DNA of 64,000 nucleotides from a virus (IMGVR_UViG_3300033076_000897:32888-96887); one strand, 5' to 3'. Shown: positions 18,501 through 29,493, counted from the stretch's first letter. The notes: generated from the sequence alone by a model not told the origin. Program-made: numbers and translations.

Positions 18501-20629
18501 AACTTACCAACTGATGGATAGAAAGTTCTGTATACGTTAGCTGATTTTCTAATAGCTAATGGTTTCTTAGCGTCTACAATCACTTTGTGCCAAGTTGAAT
18601 CGTATTTAACGATGTCCAACACTTTAGCGTAATCTCTCACAGACTGTAGGCCTATAAAATCACCGATCTCAATTTTTCCAGCTTCGAAATCTTCTGACTT
18701 AATCAAAAAGGCTTTTCCTGGAGCATGACCTCCCGTTAAACCATAGACGTTTACACCCGAAACATAGATCTGTAAATAGTTTGATACGTCAATGTATCCA
18801 TCGATGATCTCCAAATCCATTGAATTGGTTGTAAATTCCAATAAGGCTAAATTAGGGTATCTGAACCTAGACACATTGCTAGTAACTGTAATCGTATCAC
18901 CGTCCCTAGAAACCTTAAAATCACGAGAATATTTTTTCAAACATGATTCTATGGCATAAGCAACATCTTCGTTCGAACCGTTGGGTGAAAATTTGTTATC
19001 ATTAAATGTTCCTTTTACCAAAGAAGAATCCGCTGAAATTATGTAACCGTTTAGATCAACATGATCAGCACCGGCAGAAATCTTAAATTTAGAAACTGTT
19101 GCTACATAAGAAACTTCATTGATATTTAATGTATTGAATCTTTCTATAGCAATTAGTGTATCACCCTCTACTGTAACTTCGTAATTGTTGAAAATCGTAG
19201 ACACCTGAGAGTTCCACTCTGTTTTAAAGGCATCTAAAGTTGTTGAAAAATCGTTAGCTGTAGTAAAAGTTAAAGTATCTGTACTGACTCCGTCAGAAAT
19301 AGTAATTGTTACCGATTCAGATGGTAAAAGACTGGTCAATCTAAATTTCCAAACTTGTTGTTCAAGTCTAGTGATTGCTAACTTATCTCCATTTACTACG
19401 TTTCCAGCTATTTTAAATCTAACTCTATCGAAATCAGAACCCTTAAATTCCTCAGCCGATAAAGTAAAGTTTTGTAGTTCAAATCCATCAAAATCTTCGA
19501 ATATAGCCTGACTTAAATTTCCAAGAGGTATTTTACCAACTTCCCATGCAATACTATTTTTGATGTTGTGGTAGTTGTTCTTTGATTTTACATATCCCAG
19601 AGCAGTCCCAGCGAAATCGCTAGGTCTAGGTAATGAGAAATTAGTTGGATCCAAGAATGCGAAACCAGTGAGATCGTATGAGCTCTCGTGTTGTTGTACG
19701 TGTAGAATGTTATTCACCAGTTTCTTGGCGATTAGTTTACCGTCTTCAATCTCATCAACAAAAAGACCAAAGTATCTGTTGATGTCGTAAGATTCTACTG
19801 AAGGATCATCAAACTGAAACTCTAGATTGATTAAATTGGCCGAAACGATTGCGTTTCTTTTAAATCCATCTGTGATATATTCGTTAACTGCAATTAAAGC
19901 ATTGTCAAAACCAACTATGTCATCGAATACGTAATCTGGTTTAGAAACAAATCCACCAGCTTTTAAGTCAATACCGTGATAAATGAAATTGTCGTTCTTG
20001 CCAAAGTTAGCTGTGATAGCATTTGTTGGAAAGTTTTGATTCTCGACATGATTTCTTAGGTACGCTCCAAGTTCCGAAGATTTAGTTAGATCAAAGACTT
20101 TAACAATCTCTGCGTTTTTGATCATGTCTTTGACTTTGTCAGAAATTGTCGTAGATTCTGTTGTGGTTCCAGAAACCCTGTAAATCACAAACTTAGAAGG
20201 AACTCTCTTTTCCAACCAAATGGGTGCAAAGATCTTAAACTTCTCATCATACAACTTAGAATAACTAATGGCCGCACCAGCTCTATATGAGTCTTCAAAC
20301 TGAAATTGGTAATCGTTGAAAACTGTTAGATCGTTTGGAACGTCTCTTTTAACTTCGTAAATAAGATCGTAAGGAGTTGCGTTATCGTTGTAGAAAGTTG
20401 CTAAGTCAAAAGAATAGTTACCATCCTTTGACAGACGGTACTTCTTGTATTTTGAGTTGGAAAGCTCAGTATTAGCATCGATCGTTTCCAAGAAAATAGC
20501 CCCATCACTGGTAACCACAATCTTGTTGTTACCCGCAAGTCTGGGATTCGTTCTCAGAAGGGCGAATGATTTGTCTTCCAAAGAGTTTGAAAGATCAAAT
20601 GTATAGTTTTTAGCTACGTTTGTTGGCAT
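15527..20629 (-). CDS. Very large putative virion structural protein (1700 aa)
   Basis: Long uninterrupted ORF, beta-rich composition, GATATATA upstream, structural context. Confidence 0.55.
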   Translation of the reverse strand: MPTNVAKNYTFDLSNSLEDKSFALLRTNPRLAGNNKIVVTSDGAIFLETIDANTELSNSKYKKYRLSKDGNYSFDLATFYNDNATPYDLIYEVKRDVPNDLTVFNDYQFQFEDSYRAGAAISYSKLYDEKFKIFAPIWLEKRVPSKFVIYRVSGTTTESTTISDKVKDMIKNAEIVKVFDLTKSSELGAYLRNHVENQNFPTNAITANFGKNDNFIYHGIDLKAGGFVSKPDYVFDDIVGFDNALIAVNEYITDGFKRNAIVSANLINLEFQFDDPSVESYDINRYFGLFVDEIEDGKLIAKKLVNNILHVQQHESSYDLTGFAFLDPTNFSLPRPSDFAGTALGYVKSKNNYHNIKNSIAWEVGKIPLGNLSQAIFEDFDGFELQNFTLSAEEFKGSDFDRVRFKIAGNVVNGDKLAITRLEQQVWKFRLTSLLPSESVTITISDGVSTDTLTFTTANDFSTTLDAFKTEWNSQVSTIFNNYEVTVEGDTLIAIERFNTLNINEVSYVATVSKFKISAGADHVDLNGYIISADSSLVKGTFNDNKFSPNGSNEDVAYAIESCLKKYSRDFKVSRDGDTITVTSNVSRFRYPNLALLEFTTNSMDLEIIDGYIDVSNYLQIYVSGVNVYGLTGGHAPGKAFLIKSEDFEAGKIEIGDFIGLQSVRDYAKVLDIVKYDSTWHKVIVDAKKPLAIRKSANVYRTFYPSVGKFDIYDIKDFDFDFYSTKYSEPYELILEQNTYMNPLSNPLNTGAFNSGYNVGPYDYFSFLLPSLQSEDSDVTTTVDPQTEYDRLKENYNKQYFNRSRTVPHINKFGLKDATNVRDTEYSLNVSEAFGKTNFASDIEVEGRSALNMTHEWFYLDNFPKYEKNNGFNLVKPEEFFSYLNFDLDANSIISLSDFYSINENIYDKYFVYDGFGYDIDLSAPQDLKYFDAPLARKYSIFEEGNANSFSKTKFRGLEFTIKERKETTSTIPSEFKFSNKYNSYKFSSILLTDIDPNTQNLISVKSVINEKFKTVTLVLQMSLQESLVDYVNRKVLYELRGRYNSTAVGDIANTNITGYLNLLSFNSTTLTLTGTGTQFTSQITLNSAGSYNRIRVIMPTGSGLPDMCVSIKNVINDTTLVLNSIPTVYDSTLTTPCTPTIYNFASLTQSLIQNATYVYINGGENAHEEVLNFLSAKNVANILNSNSTSSIEYITVKEDGTLSYNDYILNVDDGTDVYKPTMIDATEDKVIPNSYKGNTSAVGYNLANRVKPYITAMKRLNGRYNPVFSTVVTFYNPSNKYKSFLNEDIDFGSEVLTGTIGEFVYDSSNNTWYVNGTSTLYVDEIAYNIETFEKIVVTMPVGSILQDVWFEVKKVISTTELIIKSAPKVYDTVNGIFTDQLADLSGYNVSQIGSFSYFTSTDLDTAEYHYMIFNRDIARSLVFNQKYFRKGIEFMTTTKNFGTIKNFFYHKVNEINVNSVTKLAQTGAFQPVYPLIGEVAIDKRDINVFTSQFENGYYVRSLSNSLVSEVYGTKSPVVKKSFLASSLMQPSSTLYLTKFTSSVVTSLDQLNKLRDTQTYTTQSVVFETTDQIFIDFYNEKVLVDELLENGLLQSIKRFVIAAQGFGDLSTVEDDAREYALSNLLPLYAIESVSVYVKQTKNPSDVASANSIEEVLASDYLQDNNFTFQLHANKPFNMRLIYNKRPGYTYSVLPAIKISI

Positions 20630-20686
20630 TCCAAAATATTATTTTACTATCTTTGGCTATATATCTACGGCCCAAAGAAGCAAAAC

Positions 20687-23600
20687 TTATTCTGAAGCTA
20701 CGGCCGTGTTATAGCTATTATTGTTGAAGATGAAAGTAGCGTTGCTTGTTGCAGTAGACTGAATGCTCTTACCTTCCGCTTTGTACTTGGCAAATACTTC
20801 TAGATCAAACGAGAACTGCTCATCATCTGCATCAAAAATATCTATACCAATTTTCTTAGCGTAAGTCAAGTTTACTAGTGTTGAAGAAACAATACCACCG
20901 ACTCTGCCGTTTCCTGTAGAACCAGTACCGTAATAGTCACTCATTCTATATTGGAAAGTGATGTCAATAGCAACTGCATTTGTTTTATCAGTTGATGAAC
21001 CACTGATTCTCTTTCTACCAAACTTATTGTCTCCGTCAACCAATAAACTGTCTTTATTGATAGGATTCATAAATAAGTAAGATCCACATGATTTTCCACC
21101 CAATAGGAATTGATCGTTTGGTCCAAAACTAGTTTTAACAGTTCTTGATTGTGCGCTTAACCATAAGAATGGCGTTTGCTTTTTACCGTTTGCTTCGTCA
21201 GCTTTAAGAGTAGCAGTTTTGGTCATCGTAGATACATTAGCAACAGAAGAAAAAGTTAAAGCTGTGTTTCCAACCCCATCTTTTACAACTGGATGATCAA
21301 TGTGCGCATAGATTCCACCATCATATTGCGCATTAGTTACTGAAGATGAACCCTGAGTAGAAGTTTGTATGGTTCTAGGTGCAGATGCTCCTGACCATGC
21401 TCCAGCCCAAATAAAATCAGTACCGACGTTTTGTGGAGTGGCGTTAGAAAGTTGATATTCGGCTGTAGCTAATGTAGAAATAGCTGCAGTTCCACCAACT
21501 TCTGTTTCTAAGTATAGTGCATCTTCTGCTGAAATATCAAAATATCTACCGTATACATATTGTCCTCTCAATTGAGCCGATTGATACGGTGCAATTTGGA
21601 AATAACTAACTCCGTTGTTTGTAAGAGCCAACGTAGTAGCATCCAAGTTTTGATACTGCACAGGAACTCTGTCATATTTACCTTCTGTGGTATAATATGT
21701 GTCGTTAAGCACCTTTGAATCTATAGCAGTTGAACCAGGATTAGTACCAAAAGCACCTGCATTCGATGAATGCCAAACTGGTAGAGTTCTAGTTCCAGAG
21801 ATTCTTGAAACCAATTCAAGTGTAGTGGCTCTAGTGTTTTTAAGGATCAACTTAAAGTTCTTAGTTACAACAACACCCTTTTGAACCTGTAAACCTTTAA
21901 TTTCGTCTACGTAATATCCAGCGAAAATCTTGTTCACTGTGTTTCTTTGAATTCTTGTAACGTTACCTGTTTCGTCAACTAACTCAACGCTCAATTCACC
22001 CTTGATACCTGCAATGGTCTCTTGTAGAGTTTGAATGTAGTTGGACATTTCTGACAATTTGTCAAACAAAGTCACTGGTTTTTGTTCAGGTGTTAAGAAA
22101 CCTGATGCAATGCTTGTAGCGCTGTGTGCAAAGAATTTCTCGTTAGCTGTAAAGCTATCTTCAACGTGTTTGTAAACACCTTTAGCTTCTAGTTCACTTG
22201 AAATTTCAACACGCGCAATTTCTTTGTCGTTCATTTCGACAATACTGATCGCATCTAGTGTGTCTACTTGACCCTCTGGGAAAGTAACTGTGATTGTTTC
22301 AGACCAATCTGATTCTGCTGGGTTAGAAGGCCAACCAGCTTCAGATTGAGATTTAATTCTAATTTGTACAACTTCTCCAGGTTGGATAGCGATGTCAAGT
22401 GAGTTGAAGTTTACTGAATCAGCATTCTCTTCAGAATCATAAACCCAATAGTATTTTCCATCAACACCTTTGCTTCTTTTTCTAACAGGACCCAATACTT
22501 CGTTCCAGTTAGAAAACGCTGCAGTCTTTTTATTTGCACCGTCTTGAAATTCGATTTGATTCACGTTAGATGCTTTGCCACTTGTAGACAAGTATCTGTA
22601 CTGAACTATAAATCTAACAATTTCTTGAGCTTTAACACCAGGAACAGACATTGCTTCTGGAATAGACCAGAAACCTCTAACTCTGTATTTTGGTGCAATC
22701 TGTTTAATCTTAGCATCTGAAGCTGCAGTTGCAATTTGAGTAACGATAGACGAATACATTTTCGTTTCGCTGGCTCTTTGCGAAGTCAAACTTGAAATCT
22801 CATTGATGAACTTTGATTTTTCAACGTCAGATTTGAACTTGGTAGTAGCCAATGTAGCTTGTTTAGCTGCGATGTTCTCATCTAATTTTTTAAGCTTGTC
22901 AACTACGTTATTTTTGTCGGCTGAAAGTTGCTTAACCGAATTGAATGTATCGTTGTCAGTTAAATGTGTGTTAATCTGAACAACTTTAAAGTTGCTACTG
23001 ATCAAGTCTGGTGCAGAAGGGCTAAGCGCTTCAGTTGAAGCTGGAATTCTATCGCTTTGTAAAGCTTTGATAAATTGACCAAAGTCGGCAACCTCAGCCT
23101 GATAGAAATCAGCCAAAGTCATAATAGTACCGTCTTCTGCTGTCATTTTCAATTCGTTAGAATAAAAAGCAACACCAGGTGACCAGTTTTCTGCAACGAT
23201 GTTTGAATCTGGATCGATAGGCTTTAAGAACACTACCAATCTTTGATCAAACCCAACGTTAACGTCAATGTTTAATGGAGTACTAACTGCTTTGTGAATC
23301 TTTAGTTCGTTAGGACCAATTTTGATACCTTCGTAACCTTCTACTAACTGAAGCTCAACTTGTGAGGTTCCAGCATTGATAGAAACGATAGAGTATTTGG
23401 TTGAATCCTGACCACTGTTGACAATTAGTTCATCACCAATTTTTAGGGTTTCAGTTTCTTTTAAAGTCTTTGCAGAATCTGAATAAGTAAGTTTATCAAG
23501 AGAGTAAAGTTTTACTGTCTGTGTAGTGGTTGTACCGTTAACCTGAACGTTTTTTTGAACAATATCAGTTTTGATCACTGAGAAAGTTCCGTAATACGAA

Positions 23601-24214
23601 AGGTCTCTATATGGCATTTGAACGATTTCTTCGTCCAACTCGTAAGGTACGTTGCTGTTTGTTAGATCAGCTAAGAAAGTTCCGTGATCAATGTTCTCTA
23701 CGTCCTTATATTTGTTAAAGAACTCTAATCCAGGCTCACTGGATGCGATCAAATATTTTCTACTTAAGATTCTTTCAGTTTCTTCTGTAACCTGTCCAGA
23801 AACGTTAAATTTAATCTTTAATAGCGGAGAAAGAAAGCTTTCGAAAAACAAATTACTTTGAGTTTCGAACTGAGTTGGTAAGTTTAGGTTGGTCAATGGC
23901 TGCGCAGCAGTCTTGATTTTACCCTTCACCAATTTTCTAAAAGTACCATCAGCTAATCTCAGACTAGCTGTACCTTGATCCATAGAACTTAACGCCTTGA
24001 AGTTGGCATCAAGTCTCTCTAATTCTCTTTTGATGTAACCAAACGAAGGTATGGATACAGTCGTGATTGCATTGTTTTCTTTGAGCAGATCAATGTCAAC
24101 TGTCTGTTTATCGGTCGTGATAGCCTCGTTAATACGTTCGAATGTTTCGATCGCATTTTGGTTCATTTGTAAAAACTGTTGAACCAGTCCACTAAGAGAA
24201 TTTTTAACGTTCAT
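20687..24214 (-). CDS. Large putative virion structural protein (1175 aa) with coiled coil and FN3-like segment
   Basis: VQIRIKSQSEAGWP...SDWSE resembles an FN3 C-terminus; structural context. Confidence 0.5.
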   Translation of the reverse strand: MNVKNSLSGLVQQFLQMNQNAIETFERINEAITTDKQTVDIDLLKENNAITTVSIPSFGYIKRELERLDANFKALSSMDQGTASLRLADGTFRKLVKGKIKTAAQPLTNLNLPTQFETQSNLFFESFLSPLLKIKFNVSGQVTEETERILSRKYLIASSEPGLEFFNKYKDVENIDHGTFLADLTNSNVPYELDEEIVQMPYRDLSYYGTFSVIKTDIVQKNVQVNGTTTTQTVKLYSLDKLTYSDSAKTLKETETLKIGDELIVNSGQDSTKYSIVSINAGTSQVELQLVEGYEGIKIGPNELKIHKAVSTPLNIDVNVGFDQRLVVFLKPIDPDSNIVAENWSPGVAFYSNELKMTAEDGTIMTLADFYQAEVADFGQFIKALQSDRIPASTEALSPSAPDLISSNFKVVQINTHLTDNDTFNSVKQLSADKNNVVDKLKKLDENIAAKQATLATTKFKSDVEKSKFINEISSLTSQRASETKMYSSIVTQIATAASDAKIKQIAPKYRVRGFWSIPEAMSVPGVKAQEIVRFIVQYRYLSTSGKASNVNQIEFQDGANKKTAAFSNWNEVLGPVRKRSKGVDGKYYWVYDSEENADSVNFNSLDIAIQPGEVVQIRIKSQSEAGWPSNPAESDWSETITVTFPEGQVDTLDAISIVEMNDKEIARVEISSELEAKGVYKHVEDSFTANEKFFAHSATSIASGFLTPEQKPVTLFDKLSEMSNYIQTLQETIAGIKGELSVELVDETGNVTRIQRNTVNKIFAGYYVDEIKGLQVQKGVVVTKNFKLILKNTRATTLELVSRISGTRTLPVWHSSNAGAFGTNPGSTAIDSKVLNDTYYTTEGKYDRVPVQYQNLDATTLALTNNGVSYFQIAPYQSAQLRGQYVYGRYFDISAEDALYLETEVGGTAAISTLATAEYQLSNATPQNVGTDFIWAGAWSGASAPRTIQTSTQGSSSVTNAQYDGGIYAHIDHPVVKDGVGNTALTFSSVANVSTMTKTATLKADEANGKKQTPFLWLSAQSRTVKTSFGPNDQFLLGGKSCGSYLFMNPINKDSLLVDGDNKFGRKRISGSSTDKTNAVAIDITFQYRMSDYYGTGSTGNGRVGGIVSSTLVNLTYAKKIGIDIFDADDEQFSFDLEVFAKYKAEGKSIQSTATSNATFIFNNNSYNTAVASE

Positions 24215-24215
24215 T

Positions 24216-26120
24216 TTATCTTAAGATGTCGTATTTGAATTTCTGATTAATACTGTTTGATGCTGCATCTACACAAACCAATTCGATGTATGGCTTGCTT
24301 GAAAGCAATGAAGCTGCTGGAATAACTAAGTTTGCGTTCATGTTCAAATCCAAAACCAAGGAATTCGCGTTTAGGTTGATGTTGTTGTTGAACACAATCT
24401 TCATAGTTTGTCCTTTCTTCCATCTGACAGCACTATCGTCAATGTATATATAAACCTCATTCACAGCAGGGTTATTGTTAACAGAGACCCTTAACATGTT
24501 CTCGAAGTTTTCCAATTTAGCCCAAATTCCAGTGCTTGTTGCGGTGTTTGGATCGTATGGATTGGTATCCTCAATTTTGGTAGTTCTTGTACCAGTAGCT
24601 TTATCGTATCTGTATGGTTGCAAGATAGCGTAACCATCCACATTGTTGTTAACGAAAATTTTATCGTTAGCTCTTTCGATTAAAATACCTCTACCGTTCT
24701 TAACAACGTCTGTGTTGTACTGAACTTCTGTAGGAATAGTACCATCGATCATTTGGTTGATTCTCTGGTTGGTTTGAGCGATCAAATCTAATAAAGAAGA
24801 AGTGCTACTAAAATTGGCTTGAGCAGCCTCGAAACTGGTTCTTAAATCTTGAACCTCAGTTACAAGAGAAGAAGTTTGTTCAGAGCTTAATACGTAAGAC
24901 TCCAAAGCTTCGATTTTTACAAGAGCTTCGTTTAGTTTTTCGTTGGCAGACAATAAAGTCTTGGTAGCGTTGTCTAGTGAAGAAACGCTGTCCAAGAAAA
25001 TGTCCATTGAGAACGTAGTAAAGTCGTTAACTGTAACATCAGAACCAACGTTATCCAACGAAGAGTTGAATCTCATGTTGAGTTTGTAAGAATAAGCGTT
25101 ACCGTTAAGACCAGTTACTGTGTTTGGTTTGTACTTCGTTTGAGAAGGTATAGCGTTGTTTGTAAAGCTATCCAAGATGATGATACCGTAAAGGTTGGTG
25201 GCACGATTGCTTGGTGTAGATTGACTGTATAGATCGTAGTAAACTAAAATGGCATTGAAACTAAAATCTGTACCTCTCTTATTGAAGTCCGAAATGCTGT
25301 TTAATGTTGCATCGTTGACGATACTAGCATAAGATTGACTTGTCCAGTCCAGACCATAAATTGGACTAGTATTTGGATCGATGATGTAATCTCCGTTAGA
25401 ATCACACAATGTAAACATGTTGATTAATGGATCTGGGTGAGTTGAATTACCTCTACCCAAAATAATGGTTTCCGTAGAAACGTCGTAAACTGTCGCTGTA
25501 GTATTGTAGCTTAAATCACCAGCACCTTTAAAAAGAACCGTTGGTGTAGAACCGTGCGAGGTAGGAACGTTGATGTAAATCTCTTGGTAAGCGTTACCTT
25601 TGTACATTACGTCGTTAGTCGCATCGATAGAACCCATGTACTTAACCACTCTGTCGTAAGAAGATCCTGCGCTGATAGTATCAAACTCTTCGGTGAATCT
25701 AGTCAATCCAATGGCAGCTTCACTGTTGTCAGCTGGCTTAAATCTGATTGCATCGATAGAATCTAACCATTTAAAGAAGATCTTTTCTGCGTCTGTTTCA
25801 AACAACATAGGATCGAAATCATCGTCCTGTAAAATGTGTTGTTCTAAGTTAAGTGCGTAGTTTTGAAAAGTAGTAGGAAAGTCAATGTTAGGATCAGAAG
25901 TAACGTAGTTAGGTCCACTGATCTGTTCGAGTAAACCAAAATTCAGAGAGTTAAAACCATTAACCGAAACGGTTTCAGGCAGGTTTAAAAGAGCGAACTT
26001 ACTAAATTCGAACTTTAGATCTGGGTTGTTGTAACTTCTAGTTAGATCCTTTGCAGCAGATGCAAAAGCATATACCGTTGAACCTTGGGTTTGCGGTCTT
26101 CTGATTAATGGTGTTGACAT
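24216..26120 (-). CDS. Putative virion structural (baseplate-associated) protein
   Basis: 634-aa ORF with central coiled coil, tightly packed in the structural operon. Confidence 0.5.
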   Translation of the reverse strand: MSTPLIRRPQTQGSTVYAFASAAKDLTRSYNNPDLKFEFSKFALLNLPETVSVNGFNSLNFGLLEQISGPNYVTSDPNIDFPTTFQNYALNLEQHILQDDDFDPMLFETDAEKIFFKWLDSIDAIRFKPADNSEAAIGLTRFTEEFDTISAGSSYDRVVKYMGSIDATNDVMYKGNAYQEIYINVPTSHGSTPTVLFKGAGDLSYNTTATVYDVSTETIILGRGNSTHPDPLINMFTLCDSNGDYIIDPNTSPIYGLDWTSQSYASIVNDATLNSISDFNKRGTDFSFNAILVYYDLYSQSTPSNRATNLYGIIILDSFTNNAIPSQTKYKPNTVTGLNGNAYSYKLNMRFNSSLDNVGSDVTVNDFTTFSMDIFLDSVSSLDNATKTLLSANEKLNEALVKIEALESYVLSSEQTSSLVTEVQDLRTSFEAAQANFSSTSSLLDLIAQTNQRINQMIDGTIPTEVQYNTDVVKNGRGILIERANDKIFVNNNVDGYAILQPYRYDKATGTRTTKIEDTNPYDPNTATSTGIWAKLENFENMLRVSVNNNPAVNEVYIYIDDSAVRWKKGQTMKIVFNNNINLNANSLVLDLNMNANLVIPAASLLSSKPYIELVCVDAASNSINQKFKYDILR

Positions 26121-26138
26121 TTCTTACTCTATAATTTA

Positions 26139-26702
26139 TTAAGCGATAGTTGTATTGTGCGATGAAATTACGATCCACTTAGATAAACCTGAAGACCATC
26201 TAAGAGATGCTGTTGAACCGTTAGCTGCGAAGTCAACAGTTGCAGGAGCACCTAAAATTGCAGTTGCGCTGTTTGTAACTGCAGCTGCTAATGCACCGCT
26301 AGCTACTAAAGTAATTTCATGACCGTCTGCTGCACCGTTAGGTAAGTTAAACGGAGAAATAGACGCGTCCAAAATAACTGTCGAGTGTACAGAAGTTAAT
26401 GCCGCTGGAAAGTTAGTTACGCTCACGAATGCCGATCTGTAGAATGCTGCTGAAGCTTCTAAGCTTGATGTGAATTCAGTTGCTACTGAAAATGTGTTTC
26501 CACCAGCAGAAAGGTCAGCCACGTTTGGTACAGTCAATTGATCTGTTTCTACCAAAGTCATTGAACTCAAAGTCAAGTTTGTTGTGTCCAAATAGGTAGA
26601 AATGTCGATCAATTCAGCGTTGATAGCGCTAAAGTTGTCGTTGATAACCGTTCTTGAAGCAGAAATGCTATCTGTACCTAAAATTTGTTGAATGTTTGCC
26701 AT
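26139..26702 (-). CDS. Putative structural/fibre-associated protein
   Basis: SRTVINDNF N-terminal motif shared with fibre-type proteins; Ala/Ser/Thr-rich. Confidence 0.5.
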   Translation of the reverse strand: MANIQQILGTDSISASRTVINDNFSAINAELIDISTYLDTTNLTLSSMTLVETDQLTVPNVADLSAGGNTFSVATEFTSSLEASAAFYRSAFVSVTNFPAALTSVHSTVILDASISPFNLPNGAADGHEITLVASGALAAAVTNSATAILGAPATVDFAANGSTASLRWSSGLSKWIVISSHNTTIA

Positions 26703-26712
26703 TTTAGTTTTT

Positions 26713-29493
26713 TTATTTTACTGTAATTATGTTTTTGGTGATACTATTCTTGTTACCGTTACTGTCTTCTAGCTCTAAACTAAGACTATATGACCCCGCT
26801 TCTTTAAACAGGTAGGTAAACCACATATTATCATAGTATATATCAGGCGAATTTTTCGTCAGATTTTTTAAAGTCCATTTTGGCTTGGTTTTTCCAGGCA
26901 TCATTGTTTTATCCAGAGAAAAAGTTACATGTGTAAGCTTACTTACAGTAGCGTGACTTTCAAAGAAGATGGTATCGTTCCATGTTGGGTTTCTAGAAAC
27001 ATAGTGTTGTCCGTGGTGTACACTACCGTTGGTTAGTATAACTTCCTCGAAATCATAATGAGCACTGTATTCTTTACCAACTGCTAAAATATACAAGAAA
27101 GTATCGTTTACGCCATCGTTATCTGTATCTAAAAATACTGGATTGTAATTAAATTTAGAAACTAATATATCTAAAGATGTATTTAATTCATCACAAACTG
27201 CTTGCCAACCTGCAACATCATTTATTCCAGTTGGTGTAGAAGATCCTATAACATGAGATCCTGGTAGAATCAAATTTGATTCTGGAATCTTATGGTATAT
27301 TGTTAAAATACTACCATTAGCAATATCACTAATTTTAAACGAAGAAGATTGATCAGGACCTATTTCTGTAGATTCCCACCATAAGTTTTTTGTATCATTC
27401 CATACGCAATCACTCATGTTGTCCCAAAAATAAGGACCCGAAGTTTCTGACCAACTGGTTTCAGACTCATTGTCTAAATATCTGATGATAGTAGACATAT
27501 CAGGATTTGGATTGTTGTAAGAATAGTTTGATCTATCAAGAGTCAAATATGCTGTCGCCGGAACATCTTGAATTCTAGTTGTATTATTGACTGGTAAATT
27601 CCAAGAAGAACTAGCCTCTCTCCAATCGTAATCAGTGTCATTCCATGTATAGTTTTCCTCTCTAAACTTATACATACCATAGATACACACATTTTTACTT
27701 TCAACGTTTATTCTATCGTAATCTACAATCTGAGAAACATAATTATGAAGATCATAAATTCTCATTTGAACCTCGTAAGAACCTGTATACGGTAACACTA
27801 ATGGAATTTGAGAATATCTTGGTATCCATAAAGCCTGTAAACTACTAGGCGTGGAAGATGCAATTTCTGACCAATAACCCAAAGATCCTCTGATTAAAAG
27901 ATCAAAACCGTTAGGACCCTTAATTTGCCACTCTATTTCGTGAGCATTTTTGATCCAAAAGTCGTTCCATGTGTTAAAAATATCAACATTGAAATCGTTC
28001 CATGTTAGATCACCCAAAGAGTCCCATGAATCTTCAAAAGCTTCACATTTTAAAATTAGCGGTGCACCTGCAATCGGACCATCATTATCAAATGGCGTCA
28101 ATTCTTTGTCCTCTAAGTTTAAATTATAATAGTCAGTATAAAAATCAACAATGTGCGACATCACATCATTTTGGTCGTATAGTTGATTATTTACAATCAA
28201 TGAATTATCAATAAAATTAATGAAATCATTGTAAGAATTAACAAAGATAGGGCTAATTTTTTCTAAATTCTCAATATAAAGAGTTTTATCAGGATATACA
28301 GAGTATTTGGCATCCACCCCGAAGTCACCGAAGATCACCGGGTTCATGTTAGAAGTTACGTTAATGTTCTTAATGCCAAAAATATCGGCTTCACCAGTGA
28401 TGTCTATGATCTTGGCATAAAGAGGCAAGTAATCTCTTTGAAGCTTATTCTTGAGGGCGTAAAGTTTAACCAAAACTTCTTCTGGTGTAAAGTCAAAAAC
28501 TTCTTCCACTTGCGGAAGATCCCACTCGTCGTATTCTCCAGTAGGTCTATTAATTCTGTATGTTAAGGAAAACCTTGAAGTCTTTTTTGCTGTACCTGTC
28601 GGTTTGTTAATGCTATTGTCACTGTTATAAGAATGAGTAGGAGAATCAACATCGGTCACAGGAACAGCCTTTAATTTACCAAAATTCTGCGAGTTTTTAT
28701 TGATGTCCAGCCAGTATTCCTTTAGAGTCAAAGAATTGTAGCCATAGAATTTAATGGCATTCAATAAAGCTTTGTAAGTACCAATATACGGCTTAATGTT
28801 GTGACCTTCTAATAGCATCTCCTTTCTCTTGGCATTCAATAAGATCCAATCTGTTGCTTGTTCTTTTACGTCATGTTCTTTGAAAACAAACATGTCGCTT
28901 TCATCAACAGACATGCCTAGATTGTCCAATAAAATACCCAATCTGTCATCCTCTCCAACGGTTTCACCGTATAGTTTGATGTATGCTATTCTACCTGCAC
29001 TTGAAGAAATTTCAAGCCATCTCAAGTGAGACTTGTCTTCTTCGCTATGAAGTCCAAGATTAAAAACCAAGGCCTCTTCATTGATATTAATATTGTTTAA
29101 AATTGTTTTAAACGCTGGATTGGAGTGATCTGCGATAGTTGAGTTATCCAATTCCAACTCCTTTGAAGTGATTTTTGAAACTTCTAGATCGCCGTTAGAT
29201 AAAACAGTTTCAAAGAGAAATATCCCGTCGCTAGTGTATTTGTTAGTCACTAGTTTGCCAGTAAGTTTGATCCCTTCTCCAGAGTTGGCAATGGGTTTAA
29301 CGTATCTGATATTGCCATCGGTATCTTGAATTTCTTCAAGGATAGCCAAAGCCACGGTTTCAAATAGACCAGTCGAAACTTCGTTGAAGTGGATGCTTCC
29401 AGTCCAAACATGATTAATTGAATCGTATTCAAAGTTTAGAATACCATTTGTTCCATTAAAGAACCTGTAGCGTGAGTGGTCTTGTAGAATCAT
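26713..29493 (-). CDS. Putative baseplate wedge protein (gp7-like) with PKD/Ig-like C-terminus
   Basis: YIGTYKALLNAIKFYGY wedge-like motif; GSYEVQM and GSYSLSLELEDSNG PKD-like motifs; next to gp6. Confidence 0.5.
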   Translation of the reverse strand: MILQDHSRYRFFNGTNGILNFEYDSINHVWTGSIHFNEVSTGLFETVALAILEEIQDTDGNIRYVKPIANSGEGIKLTGKLVTNKYTSDGIFLFETVLSNGDLEVSKITSKELELDNSTIADHSNPAFKTILNNININEEALVFNLGLHSEEDKSHLRWLEISSSAGRIAYIKLYGETVGEDDRLGILLDNLGMSVDESDMFVFKEHDVKEQATDWILLNAKRKEMLLEGHNIKPYIGTYKALLNAIKFYGYNSLTLKEYWLDINKNSQNFGKLKAVPVTDVDSPTHSYNSDNSINKPTGTAKKTSRFSLTYRINRPTGEYDEWDLPQVEEVFDFTPEEVLVKLYALKNKLQRDYLPLYAKIIDITGEADIFGIKNINVTSNMNPVIFGDFGVDAKYSVYPDKTLYIENLEKISPIFVNSYNDFINFIDNSLIVNNQLYDQNDVMSHIVDFYTDYYNLNLEDKELTPFDNDGPIAGAPLILKCEAFEDSWDSLGDLTWNDFNVDIFNTWNDFWIKNAHEIEWQIKGPNGFDLLIRGSLGYWSEIASSTPSSLQALWIPRYSQIPLVLPYTGSYEVQMRIYDLHNYVSQIVDYDRINVESKNVCIYGMYKFREENYTWNDTDYDWREASSSWNLPVNNTTRIQDVPATAYLTLDRSNYSYNNPNPDMSTIIRYLDNESETSWSETSGPYFWDNMSDCVWNDTKNLWWESTEIGPDQSSSFKISDIANGSILTIYHKIPESNLILPGSHVIGSSTPTGINDVAGWQAVCDELNTSLDILVSKFNYNPVFLDTDNDGVNDTFLYILAVGKEYSAHYDFEEVILTNGSVHHGQHYVSRNPTWNDTIFFESHATVSKLTHVTFSLDKTMMPGKTKPKWTLKNLTKNSPDIYYDNMWFTYLFKEAGSYSLSLELEDSNGNKNSITKNIITVK